Of a stretch of 64,000 nucleotides of DNA, positions 35,625 through 48,194 are shown in pieces; position 1 is the first letter of the stretch; each line of letters opens with the position of its first letter. Position numbers and translations under genes: made by a program. The stretch is from Azolla caroliniana (lineage: Eukaryota; Plantae; Polypodiophyta), in NCBI GenBank assembly GCA_043228905.1, contig JBHGNT010000011.1:9176001-9240000 (forward strand). Direction: 5' to 3'. The notes below the pieces were generated by a model, which saw only the letters and a list, made by a program, of their open reading frames with translations, searched no databases and was not told where the DNA came from.

Positions 35625-38600
35625 AACTACCTAGGACAACTTGAATGGGTTCTGACTCTTCTACAATATTCCCGGAAACAATGGGACGACCATCAATGAC
35701 TACTACAGATGCGGGGCAAGGAAGTTTTCTTAAGGGTATCTGAGAAGCTTGGGTAAAATTTCGATCCATAAAACAAGAATTAGCTCCGGAATCTAGAAGT
35801 GCTAGGACATGTACTGGGGGAGTACTTTTAGTACTAACCATGACTCGGGCTAGGAACACATTGCTAACTTGCTTGGAGGGAATGGAACCACTAATGGGCT
35901 ATACAGATCTAGGGCTATCCAACCAAACGGCTCCTATTTTGGCTAGACTCAATCGTTTAACTCTTCATCTAATTGACTAAGGATTTCAAATTTGTTTGAG
36001 ATACTTGGGCTATTAGTACTATTAATACTATCAAACACTCTATTAGTACTATTAATACTATTAGGGAAGAATTGACTCGGGTTTAGTACAAGCTACAATT
36101 TGATTTACCTGTCTCCTTAGCCTATGGGGACAATTGATTGCGATATGCCCTGGTCCACCGCAATAAAGACATAATCGATTTGCACGTCGTCGTTGCTTTT
36201 CTTCTTCTGATAACGGGCCACGTCGACGCATGGTATCGATCTCCATCGGTGTCTAAGTATTTGATTGAGGTATGTCTTGTGCAAACGGTTTAGCCGCGAC
36301 TGCGGCGTAAGTGGGCTCTGGCCTAAAGTGTGGTATCTGTAATTGACGTTCTGAATGCCGTTCGAAAAGGCAGTTGTCACATCGGACCGCTCGACTGATT
36401 GCCTCCGTAAGAGACTTTGGTTCTTCGAGGAAAATTAGAAGTAGATCTTTGACATCGTTTCGCAGGCCATAGCGAAACTGCTCCATTAGTGCTTGATCAT
36501 CCCAGGGTATATCTGAAGCGAGTAGGCGGAAATCCGCCGCGTAGGCAGAGGCTGGACGATCGCCTTGACGCAATCGCCGGATCTTGTTGATCGTCGTCCT
36601 AATGTTGTCGGTGTCTGCAAAGCAGGCTTTAAACTCACTAATAAAATCTTCAAAGTTATTAAGCAAGGGCGATTGTTTTTCTAGAAGCGGAGCGAACCAT
36701 GGTAAGGCTGAGCCGCTAAGCAACATGCCTATTAAGCTGACTCAAGATGCATCAGTGGGATAACGGGATGGATGCATTTGGAGGACTAATCGTACCTGAT
36801 TAAGGAATCCCCTGAATTGCGATCGCGTTCCATCAAATTTCACAGGAAGTCCAATCTTCGGCTCTTTATGAAATCCTTGGGGACTTGATCCTTGTTGTTG
36901 CAATGCCGCTTCGAGTTGTTGCACCCGTAATGCTAACTCCCCATGTTGTTGCTACGTTTGTTGTTTTTCTGGAGCGATTTGTTGCAGAATCCCTATCAGT
37001 CATTGGTTTTCTTGTTCCAAGGAAACAAATTTTCCTTTTAAGCATTGTAGCTCGGAGAAAACGGATTGATATTCTTGGGCGCTAACAGTAACCATAGTAT
37101 AGGGAAAAGGGTAGGAGGATGAGGGAGAACGACAAGTAGGTTGGAGGAAAAATTGGTTCAAACTGTCAGGAATAGTACTAAGCAGAGATGGAATTAGTAG
37201 AAGAGCAGTACTATTAGTACTAAGAGGACGGGACTGCGTAAGACTCCCGAGAGAGAGAGAAAGAGAGAAGCAAAAAGAGAGATAGCGAGGATGAGAGAGA
37301 GAGAGAGAGATGATGATAACAGCCAATATATTATGTGAAGGATAAGTACAAAATGGCTAAGAGGCTTAAGACTGGCATTGAACCAATTTGGTTCAACATA
37401 ATGCCTAGTGCCCTCTTTTATAGTGTTCTTAGGAATAATCCTGAAGCTTCTAGAATGTTCCAAAGAGATCTGGAATATACATCAATTTTCTATGATAAAG
37501 GATAAATGAAAATAATATCCTTCGTATTACAATTCATAGTCTAATGGTAAGAGCTCGACCCATATAGCATAAGGTCATGGGTTCGAATCTTGCCATATCA
37601 TGACAGATAAACGCGCAAGGGCACCGTGAAGGGAGGATGTTTATCCTCGAGACCAATGACGTAGGCACCGCTATGTTTGCGAAAGGACAAAAGTTTGATT
37701 AAGATATTGACTTGTGGCACTAGCGGTTTGGCCACATCAACTTCCGGAAGCTTCGAGAAATGCAGACGAAAAACATCATTTTCGGCTTGCCGAAAGGGCC
37801 AAGTCTACGACGCTTGCCAGTTGGGAAAGCATCACCGACTTCCATTCCCCAATGAGCGTAACCAGAGTCAAAATACGCTCGATGTGATCCATTCGGATAT
37901 ATGGGGACCAGGACAGAACGTGAGTCTCGGTGGAAGCCGATATTTCGTGACTTTCATTGATGACGATTGTTTACTTGCAGAATCGAACTTCTGCCAATGG
38001 AGGAGTGTCACCACATGAGCTATACTTCAGTAGCATTGTGTATGTGCATGTGCCGAAAGAGAAACGGAGGAAGCTAGAAGCCAAAGCCGAGAAGTGTATC
38101 TAGGTTGGCTACTCAGACAAACAAAAGGGTTATAAGTGCTATAACCCCCGAACCAAACAAGCTCGCGTAAGTCGAGATGTTATGTTCAATGAGTCCGCTT
38201 CATGGTACTTGTCTTCGCCCCCAATACCCAATGACTCCACTCCGATTTCTGAAGAGGTCAACGAGGCTGAGATGCCTTCGCGCGATGAGGAAATCGGAGC
38301 TCTTGGAGAGAGTCCGATCTCATTTCGGCAAAGTGGGCCGAGTGAGGGGTTGAGTCGAGATGGTCAACCATGTGAAGAGTCGGCGAGTAATGGAGACTCG
38401 GTTGTGTTGTCCTCGTGTAAGGAACCGACGAGATGGTTTACACACAGAGAGAAGGGGAAGAAGAAGATTTCGGAGTACAAGTTCGGTAGAGCCAAGTCAG
38501 ATCGACGTGAATCTGTCTTCGGGTCAATTCAAAAGGAACCTTCGTGGAAGAGGTCGAAGTCGGCCGAGAGGGCCGCGAAATCAGCTAATCACAAATTACG

Positions 38601-39338
38601 CCGATCTACCCACCTAAAGAACCCCACAAAGAGATACGGGTATAATGATTATATGGCGCACCATTATGCATACATGACGCGAGTGGCAGAAGTGCGTGAG
38701 CCGGAGAGCTACGTAGAAGCGGCGAAAGACGCAAACTAGCGTGCCGCAATTGAGGAAGAGATGCGCGCGTTATCGGACAACGAGACTTGGTTGACGCACC
38801 GAAGGGTGTGAAGCCGATCGGATGCAGATGGGTGTATAAGGTCAAGTACATCACTGACGGCTCTGTCAACCGCTACAAGGCCCGATTAGTGGCGAAATGC
38901 TACGCGCAGAAGTACGACGTGGATTACGAAGAGATCTTCGCGCCAGTCGCGAAGATGACCAGCAAAGATGACCACCGTGCGTGTTCTCCTAGCTGTAACA
39001 GCGGCGAAGGGGTGGCATCTACATCAGATGGATGTGAAGAATGCATTCCTGCAAGGTGATCTTCAGGAGCAGGTGAACATGGTACAACCCCCCGGATTCT
39101 TATCCGAACAGAACACTTCGGCAGTGTGCCGATTGAAGAAGTCGCTATATGGACTTAAGCAAGCCCCCCGAGCTTGGAATGCGAAGATTACGCAATGGTT
39201 GTGTAAGATGGGGTTTGCGCCATCGAAGTGGGAGTCTTCATTGTCACTTCGGCAAGGTCGACATGGACCGGTTTGTCTTTTACTTTATGTTGATGATTTA
39301 GTCATCGCCGGTGCCGACCTGGATGAAATCGGTCGCGT

Positions 39339-40031
39339 TGTCGTGAAGATTTTCGGCAATAGTGTGAAAATCGCGTGGAACGGAGAAAATCGAGAAGGTG
39401 CGGGGCGATGGGAACCCCTAAGGCCTAGTATCATTTTCATGCATATCGGTGCAATTAAGGTTTGAACCATGCACATCCAAGATAGGAGACAGTTTACTTA
39501 CCATTAGACTAAGCTTGTTTCTTTAAACCTTTTTTTCATCATTGTACTTTTCACATGTAAATTCTCATACATAAGAGTTTGAATGAGTGACATGATTATC
39601 ATTATCATGCATCACATGCGATGCATGAGCACCAAATGGCAATCATGCATTATCTGCATGTCTTACACCCTCACATGCATCATATGCATGAGGGCATCTA
39701 TATAAGAAAGAAAGGAAGGGAAAGAAGGGGGGGGATCAATCTATCTATGAATACATCAAGTTATGTATCAAATAAAAAATTAATAATAATAATAAACCTA
39801 GTTATCTTATGACTCGACGATAAACCTAAACGGCCAATTCCTTACAGGCACAACTCACCCGATTCGTTCTCCTAAGTCAATAACCTTGGTGGTCCAGTTC
39901 GACCGACCCGTAGGTGCGGAAATCCCATCATCAATCCTCCATAACCACTAGCGGATAGAGGCTCGGTGCTTGTCCGCGCTTGTAACGCGCACATTACGAC
40001 GTTTGGCACGTGTGTCACGCACCACGCGACA
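39339..40031 (+). mobile_element. Solo LTR, family F, with 4-bp TSD
   Basis: TGTCGTG...CGCGACA termini, flanks GCGT/TCGT. Removing it restores the host RT frame G-R-V-K. Its start matches the reverse complement of the 53092 end. Confidence 0.75.
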
Positions 40032-43000
40032 TCGTAAAGTCTCATATTGTGGCATCATTCGACATGAAGGATCTTGGAGACCTTCATTACTTCCTTTGGA
40101 TTGAAGTGATCCGCACCCCCGACGACATATCGATCAGCCAACGTCATTACGTGCTGAATATGTTCTTCAAGTTCGGGATGGCAGATTGTAAGCTCATCTC
40201 GACCCGTTGTCGCGGTATTCCGCGAGTATGTGTGTGAAGCTAGGCAGGACCACGGGGGCCTCAGACCGAAGAGCTAAGAAAGAGAAGGAGAAAAAGATAG
40301 ACAGGAGGTGTATTGTTGAGCGGCAAGCTCAACCGGATCCAGATCGGCTGAATCAACCTAAACCGGATCGGTGAGCCGGTGAGCTAGGGAGCCGATTAGC
40401 CGGATCCAACAGTAACCGGAAGCATAGTAGCAGCCTAGACTACTAGGTAGTTAATGTCTCATAGTTAATGTCTCATAGTTAGTGTCAGACGCTTATGTGA
40501 GCATTGAAGTACACTGTCCTTTTGTCAATCCTCCTAGGACTTGTATAAATAGTGTTGTTGAGCACGTTGTATTGACAAAGAATTTTACAGAGTTGTTGAT
40601 AATAGATTTAAGTTGTTCTGCTCTTTCTCTATCTCTCGTGCATACCTTTTGTGTGTTAATCTATCTTTCTCTCTCTATTACTATCCGGCTAAGCCGGTTG
40701 TCTAACGCTTCCGCACCTTCGTTCTTACATGGTATCAGAGCGCGAGGGTTGAGAACCTCTGCAGTCGAGATCAGCATCTGAAGACAAACCCTAAGACCCG
40801 ATAAGAACAGAAAGAGAAGTGATGGACAGAGGAATGGCTAGCTCGCACCCGATGGAGAAGCTCGACAGATCCAACTACGCATCTTGGTCATACAAGATGC
40901 ACCAGTACCTGCTTGGGCAAGGTTACTGGAGCTATGTCGACGGAGCTAACGACACAGCACCTGATGCGGCACACAAGGACTTCCCAGTGTGGGAACAAGC
41001 GGCAAACTGAGTGATGTACTGCTTTGCGTCTAGTGTCGGAGACCAGCTGTTGAGCCATGTCTGAGATGCCAAGACGCCAAAAGAAGCTTGGGGAAACCTG
41101 AAGAAGGTTTTCGTGGCAAGCACTACGGCCCAGAAGCTACAACTCCGACAGGAGTTGAGCAATGTCCGACAGAAGGACATGTCGGTAGCCGATTACACGG
41201 CCCGAATCAAAGAGATCTGTGACTCACTTGCCTCTATCAACATCACTATAGAGGAAGATGAGATGGTGCAGATTTGTCTTGGGGACCTAGCATCTAAGTT
41301 CAGAGTGCTCCAAACGATGGTGTGTTCAAGGAAGAATACGCCGTCATTTTTCGACTTACAGTCGATGCTCCTTGTAGAGGAGAACCACGCCGGGGCGTCA
41401 ACAAGTGCACCCACCGACAACGGGATGTTGTACATGGAGGCGGATCGGCCCCGTGGGCGTGGTGGACAAGGCGGGTCAGCTCACAATGGTGGCGGCCGGC
41501 AAGAGCAGGACCGAAGGCACAGAGAACGTGACGACAATAGTTTCGAACCCTCCACAAGCAGGGAGAGTCAAGGCGGCGCCGAAGGCCGGCAAGCAAAAGC
41601 CGACACGGAATGCTGGTACTGTGGTAAAAAGGGCCACAGAGAAAGCGAGTGCTGGAAGAAGCGCGCCGATTTGGACAAATCCGGATCCGGCAAGGCCGGC
41701 AGAGAGAACTGGCAATACTTGCACTACGCAGAAGGATTGGGAGGATCCAAAACCGGAAAAGCCGGTAAAGGGCCAGCCTTGGTGATTAAGAAGACCACTT
41801 CCAAATCGGAGGAAGTGTGGTACGTTGATTCCGGTGCGTCGAATCACATGACGAGGCACAGAGAGTGGTTCTCTTTCTTGGAGAAACCAGAACAACCGGG
41901 AGTCGTCGAAACCGGAGACGACACTCCTCACCCAATCGTGCATGTCAAAGAAGTCCCTTTGAGCCACGTCGGACAAAGGGGGAAGCTGATGAACGTATTA
42001 CACGTTCTGACTATCACGAAGAACCTGGTGTCAGTCGGTCAGATCGTTGACCAAGGGATGCAGGTCTGGTTTATGCACCTTGGGTGCTTCATCGAGGAAG
42101 AGGGCCAAATTATTGTGCAAGGGTGCAGAGATGGGAGGATGTTCATCCTCGACACCAATGACGTCGGCACCGCTTTGTTCTCTGGCACAAGCGGATCGAC
42201 CACGTCAATTACCGAAGGCTTCAAGACCTGCAAACGAAACAAGTTGTTTTCGGTTTGCCGAAGTTTAGTGGCCGGCAGGTCCAAATATCTGAAGCCTGCC
42301 AATGGTCTTTGAGTGTTTCGGGAACATGCAAAGCCTGGTGAGCGGGAAACGGAGAGGAAGATCAAGTGCCTGTGGTTGGATGGTGGAAAAAAATATTTTT
42401 CCGGCCAATTCAACAGTTATCTACAGCAGAACGGAATTCAGAGAGAATTCAGCTACAGGTACACACCGAAGCAAAACGTTGTGGCCAAAAGGAGGAACCG
42501 GTCGATTGTCGATGTGGCAAGGGCAATGCTAGAGGAGAAGACTCTTCCGTGGTCCCCCCACGCAAGGAACCGAGGAGACGATTCACGCGAAAGGAAAAGG
42601 GGAAGAGGAAGATGCCGGAGCACGAGACCGGCAATGGTGAGTCGGAACGGAGTGGATCCGACTCCGGAAAAGAAGAAGGCTGATCTTCAGCAACGAAGAC
42701 CGAACCGGCCAAGAAGGGCCTGAAACTGGGTAATGATAAGTTACGTTGGTCTTCCCGCCAGAAGAACCCCGTGACACTTGATGCCAACAACACTTGGGAC
42801 CTAATTGACCCTCCCCGACACTGTAAACCGATCGGATGCAAGTGGGTGTACAAGGTAAAGCACAATACCGACAGTTCGGTTAACCAGTACAAGGCCCGGT
42901 TAGTGGCGAAGGGATATGCGCAGACCCACGGAATCGACTACGATAAGACCTTCCCTCCGATAGCGAAGATGACGACGGTTCGTGTGGTGTTGGCAGTTGC

Positions 43001-43985
43001 TGCGGCAAGGGGGTGGCATCTTCATCGAATGGACGTGAAGAATGCATTTATGCAAGGCAATCTTGAAGAAGAGGTTTTTATGACCCAACCCCCCTATTTC
43101 CAGTCGGAGATGAACAAGTCGGTGGTATGCCAACTGAAGACGTCACTTTATGGCCTGAAGCAAGCCTCTCGAGCTTGGAATGCGAAGATCACGCACCGGT
43201 TGCGTAAGATGGGGTTTGTGGCCTCCAAGTCCGACTCTTCGTTTTTCATTCGGCAAGGTTCGGACAATCCGGTTTGCATCTTGATGTATGTTGATGATGT
43301 AGTCATCACCGGACCTGGACTCAATGAAATCAGTCGAGTCAAGTCCCAACTGTCAGACGCATTTGAGATGAAGGACCTGGGGGACCTTCACTACTTCCTT
43401 GGGATCAAGGTGATCTGAACCCCCGACGGCATATTGCTCTCACAAAGACACTATCTGTTGAATATGTTGTACAAGTTCGGCATGACGGAATGCCGACCAA
43501 TTTCCACACCCCTATACCAGAACCTAAAGCTCCGTCCCGACTTCGGACCGGCCTGCAATGAGAGGCAGTTCCGACAAATCGTCGAAAGCCTTATATATTT
43601 GACAATCACCTGACCCCACATCAGTTATCCAGTCGGCGTGATCAGCCAATATATGTAGAAGCCGATCGTGGAGCACCTTCTATGCGCGCATCGAATTTTG
43701 CGATATGTGAGCGGCACAAAGAACCAGGGACTGTTATACCGGCATGGTATAACCGAAGAGCTAGTTGGCTACACCGATGCCAACCGAGCCGGCGATGCAT
43801 CAAATCGCCAATCCACCTCCGGCTATATGTTTTCCCTTGGTAGTGCGGTTGTTGCGTGGAGCAGCAAAAAAGCAGCCAACATTGGCCCTTTTGAGCACTG
43901 AGGCTAAATACTGAGGCGCTACTATTGCCACCTGTGAGGCCATTTGGCTAATGCGACTACTGGAAGACCTGTAGATCGAGGTGTT

Positions 43986-44722
43986 TGTTGGGAGACAGGT
44001 CCCTCCGGATGGGAAGGGAGAAGAACAATGCCGATGAACAAACTCATAGAGGAGTACCCGGCTACGGAGAGCCGGATGGTGCAGGCCCGGTATGAACCGG
44101 ATGAGGAGTACCGGGCTACGGAGAGCCGGATGGTGCAGGCCCGGTATGAACCGGATGAGGAGTACCCGGCTACGGAGAGCCGGATGGTGCAGGCCCGGTA
44201 TGAACCGGATGAGGAGTACCCGACTACGGAGAGCCGGATGGTGCAGACCCGGTATGAACCGGAGGAGGAGACATATTCGTAAATATGTTTCTGAGAGCTC
44301 ATTGTGGCTATATTTGTAAATAGCCGAAAATTCATATTAGTATAAATATGACTTAGGGCAAACTAATGTTGTTGTTGTCATTTTCCCTTGTTGGTGCAAG
44401 AAGAAGAGAGAGCACGTAATAGTGTACAAAGAGAGAAAGAGAGAAAGAGGTCGTTGCCTCTATTGTAACAGCCGCCTGTGGCGAAGATCGTGAGTCCGAG
44501 GTCGTTGCCTCTGTGAACTCACTGTTTTGTACATTCATACATAGTGACCGTTTGTAGCCTGTGGGCTGCCGTGGTTTTTCCCCTAGTTTGGGGTTTTCCA
44601 CGTTAACCTCCTGTGTATTCTTCCTCTCCTTTGTGTCGTGTTTTCGTTTCCTGTTTTCTGTGTATGAAAAGAATCTCGGTTGTGGCCGAGCTTTGTGCAT
44701 AAGGAGCGTTGAGTTCCCATCA
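43986..44722 (+). mobile_element. Solo LTR (Tork-like Copia family) in the RNase H of element G
   Basis: TGTTGGG...CCCATCA termini, TSD GTGTT/GTGCT. Shares TATAAATATGACTTAGGGCAA and GGGTTTTCCACGT with the Copia A LTRs. Confidence 0.88.
44049..44264. repeat. 4 x 54-bp tandem repeat in LTR U3
   Basis: Unit GAGGAGTACCCGGCTACGGAGAGCCGGATGGTGCAGGCCCGGTATGAACCGGAT starts at 44049, 44103, 44157 and 44211. Confidence 0.95.
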
Positions 44723-46815
44723 GTGCTGACCCCGATCTTGATCTACTACGATAACATAAGCAACATACAGCTCGCCAAGAACCCCGTATTCCATGCTCGC
44801 ACAAAGCACATAGAAGTGCACTACCACTTCGTGCGTGAGCGTGTCCTGAGCGGTGAAGTCGAACTTCGGTATGTTCATACAGATCGGCAAGTTTCCGACA
44901 TCTTCACCAAACCAATCGGGTCGGACAAGTTGCAGCACTTCACTGAAACGCTTGGTGTTCAGCATCTCGACGTGCCACACTTGAGAGGGAGAACAGGCAA
45001 AGACACCGGAACGAGCAAAGCCAAAGAAGCTGCCGATTGCGCCGGTGAGGGAAGAACCGACAAAGGGAGAGACAAGAAGAAGAAAGGAGTCGCGTCAACA
45101 AAGGAAGTTGACACATCTGAACAAGTCAGAACAAGCGGCAGAGGCGGCAGAGTCAAGAAGGACAGAGCCGACCGGATGAAGAAGGCCATGACCCGGACAT
45201 GGTCCGATATGGTGAAGAGCTTGGAACCGAAAGATGAATCGGGAGCGACCGATTCTGACAAGAGCTAGAACGAACCGGAGACAGCCGATTCAATTCAACA
45301 GACGGATTCGGAAGAACCGGATCAATTCAAGGCCAAGAGGAAGAGAAGGCAGTGAAAGTCGACGCCAACACGAAGGAATCGGTGAAATGGCAAGTGCCAA
45401 AGTCACAATAGCGAGGGAGCTGAATTGTGCTTGTTGAGAAGACAAGCCGACCGAGGAGGTCGAGGTGCACAAAATCAGAAGGGTCGCGACAAATGTGACC
45501 GGACCAGACGAGGAGCGCAAGCGAGGCAGAGTGACACTAGAAGGAGCCGGGTGGAAGGACCGGCTACCATGGAGACTAACACTATGATCCGACCTCAAGT
45601 TGAGCTTGAGGGGGAGTGTTGAGCGGCAAGCTCAACCGGATCCGGATCAGCTGAATAAGCCTGAGCTGGATCGGCATCCGGAAGGATGAGCCGGTGGGCT
45701 AGGGAGTCGGTTAGTCGGATCCAATAGTAACTGGAAGCCCAGTAGCAGCCTAGACTACTAGGTAGTTAATGTCTCGTAGTTAGTGTCAAACGCTCGTGTG
45801 AGCATTGAAGTACATTGTACTTCTGTCAATCGTGTTAGGACTTGTATAAATAGTGTTGTTGAGCACGTTGTATGGATAGAGAATTTTACAGAGTTGTTGA
45901 TAATAGATTTAAGTTGTTCTGGTCTTTCTCTGTCTCTCGTGCGTACCTTCTGTGTGTTAATCTCTCTCTCTCTCTCTCTGTTACTATCCGGCTAAACCGG
46001 TTGTCTAACGCTTATGCACCTTCGTTCTTACAAGTATCGAGAGGCACACAGCACTACCAGCTCGGCCAAGATCAGAGCAACACGCTAAATGAACAACAAA
46101 TAGATATCGAGAATCGGTCAGAAGGCAAAGAAACTAGAACCGGCTTAGCCGGGAACTGAGCCACGATCACAACGAAAAACACACACTCCAATCACCAAAA
46201 TACAACACGGAGCCTCTATCGAGAGCACACAGGCCTCCTACGCGAGCAGAGGTGTCCCACCTAAGAGAGAAAAATAGAGAATGGGTGCTCAGTTCCCAGT
46301 CCAACAACACTTCGTTCTCCCTAAACGCCCGATCCCCAACTCAGTCCTCTCTCTCTCCTTTTGTAGGCGCCCCCCGGAGGGAAGGAGTTGTTACATCATG
46401 CTTTTATTCTCTACCACTTCGGACAGAGATTCGTTCGATTTAATCCTATATTAAATATGTCCTATCAATGCTTTATTCATTACGTTGGCCTAGCCTAGTC
46501 TTAGACTATTTACAATTTGTGTGCATCCGTGCACGCGGCAGTTCACACGCCTTTGGTTTCCATTTCTTCTTGTAGCCGGTTTTCCCCACGACATCCACCC
46601 CCACCAAACTGCACGTCCACCAGTACGTGCCGAGAGAGAGGGAGAGATATAGGGAGAACTAGCCATTTGTCACTCGTCATCCTCCGATCCGTCGACTCCC
46701 CCGTCTTCGTCCGTTCTTTCCAGGTCGTCATTCTCATCCACGCAATCCGGGTCCGGCTCGTCCTCGTATCGTTTCTTGAATGCCTTGATCCGTTTCCCCA
46801 CAACCGGTACCGCCA

Positions 46816-48153
46816 TGTTGGGAAATTGGTCCCTCCGGATGGGACCTAGTTAAGAATGAAGAGGACCCGGTGAGAACCGGAAGAGATGACATATTTGTAA
46901 ATATGTTTTGAGTAAGCCTATTGAGGCTATATTTGTAAATAGCCCTAAGTTCATATAAGTATAAATATGACATAGGGCAATCACTTTAAAAAGATATGTA
47001 TGAGCATGTTGTATATTATTGTAATTGTGGTATAGAGAGCGATAGAGAGGGAGAGAGTGTGAGATATAGAGAAATACTCTGTTGTAACCGCCGGTTGGCG
47101 AAGATAGAGAGGTCGGGGTCGTTGCCTCCAAGGCCCTGATTGTACCTTTCTCCAATAGTGAGAGTTGGAGTCTCTTTGGTTGCTAGTTCAGTTCAGGGAC
47201 AAGAGACCGGATAAGATCAACGCCACAGTGTGGGAGGTGATGCACATGAAGACGACGACATACATCCGGTGCTTCATTGACATGAGCCTGTACAACAATT
47301 TCAATGAAGAGAGCAAGGCTCATGAACTCTGGGAGAACATCGACATCATGTGCCAGAACAAGAATGTTGTTAATCGGGTTTCGGTATTCCGGACGCTAGT
47401 GAGGCTCCGGTACCAGGACGACTCCAGTATGGCGGAGCACATGAATGCCTTCCAGGGACTAATCCACCAGGCAACCTCATTGGAAGTACCTCTTACCGAT
47501 GAGGTACTCACATTACTCTTGCTCTGTTCCCTCCCGGATAGTTGGGAGACACTAGTTGTCACATTGGGCAACGCCGGGCCAGAAGGAAAGCAGTTGTCCC
47601 TAGCAAGGGTAAAATCAAGCTTGGTAGATGAGGAAGCTCGCCGGAAGGACCGGGAGTACGGAACCGATCTGAAGGCCTTGGTCACGGAAGATGACCACAA
47701 CCGGGGAAGAGGCCGGTATCGGAGTCCCTAAAACCGGGACAAGTCGGGGACGAGGTCGAAGTCAAGGGGGAGGCCTACTTGCTTCTACTGTGGGAAGCCG
47801 GGGCACTTCTAGAAGAACTGTCTGCATTTGCGGAAAGAGAAAGAAATTGGCACCACTGATTCGAAGAAGAGTTCGGACCGAAACGGTTCGAACCGGAGAG
47901 GCCCGAATCGAAAGGGAACATCGACGATTGCAACAAGTGAAGAAGAACTAATGCTCATTACCGAATAGGGATCGGCAACGGTTCGGTTTAGGCTTAGCCG
48001 GTTTCGCCTGATCCAAGCCAAACCGGCTAAGCCTAAACCGTTTACAGGATCTCAAACCTGAGCTAAGCCGAGCCGAGCCGGTTCACAAACCGGTTTAGGC
48101 TAAACCGGCTTGGAAACCGGTTTCCAAACCAGCTAAAAAAACTGGTTTAGAAA

Positions 48154-48194
<41 letters not shown>

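Larger units (their letters stand above)
31932..37605 (-). mobile_element. Ty3/Gypsy chromovirus copy 2, full length and degraded
   Basis: LTRs 31932-32373 and 37164-37605 (442 bp each), TSD GATAA. Gag with [29 protein letters not shown], RNase H, INT and a C-terminal chromodomain. Confidence 0.96.
40314..46032 (+). mobile_element. Copia element G, degraded with internal deletions
   Basis: LTRs 40314-40729 and 45617-46032, TSD TGTAT/AGTAT, PBS TGGTATCAGAGC, PPT TTGAGGGGGAG. Gag, PR WYVDSGAS, RT YVDD, RNase H. Confidence 0.93.
40208..46815 (-). mobile_element. Family F element: LTR 40208-46593 (split by Copia G), PPT and short internal remnant
   Basis: Start TGTCGCGG...GGACCACGGGGG matches the 52319 LTR, end CACGACA at 46593. 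Minus-strand purine tract GGTGGGGGTGGA at 46594-46605. Confidence 0.65.

Noticed and set aside
37530-37600. Functional tRNA gene in the chromovirus LTR
   Set aside because: A and B boxes are present but there is no acceptor stem or anticodon arm, so it is reported only as a tRNA-like module.
44049-44264. Regular repeat array and the 112-aa repeat ORF 43944-44282 (possible CRISPR or repeat protein)
   Set aside because: Head-to-tail 54-bp units with no unique spacers, lying inside a solo LTR. The ORF stays open only because the unit length is a multiple of 3.
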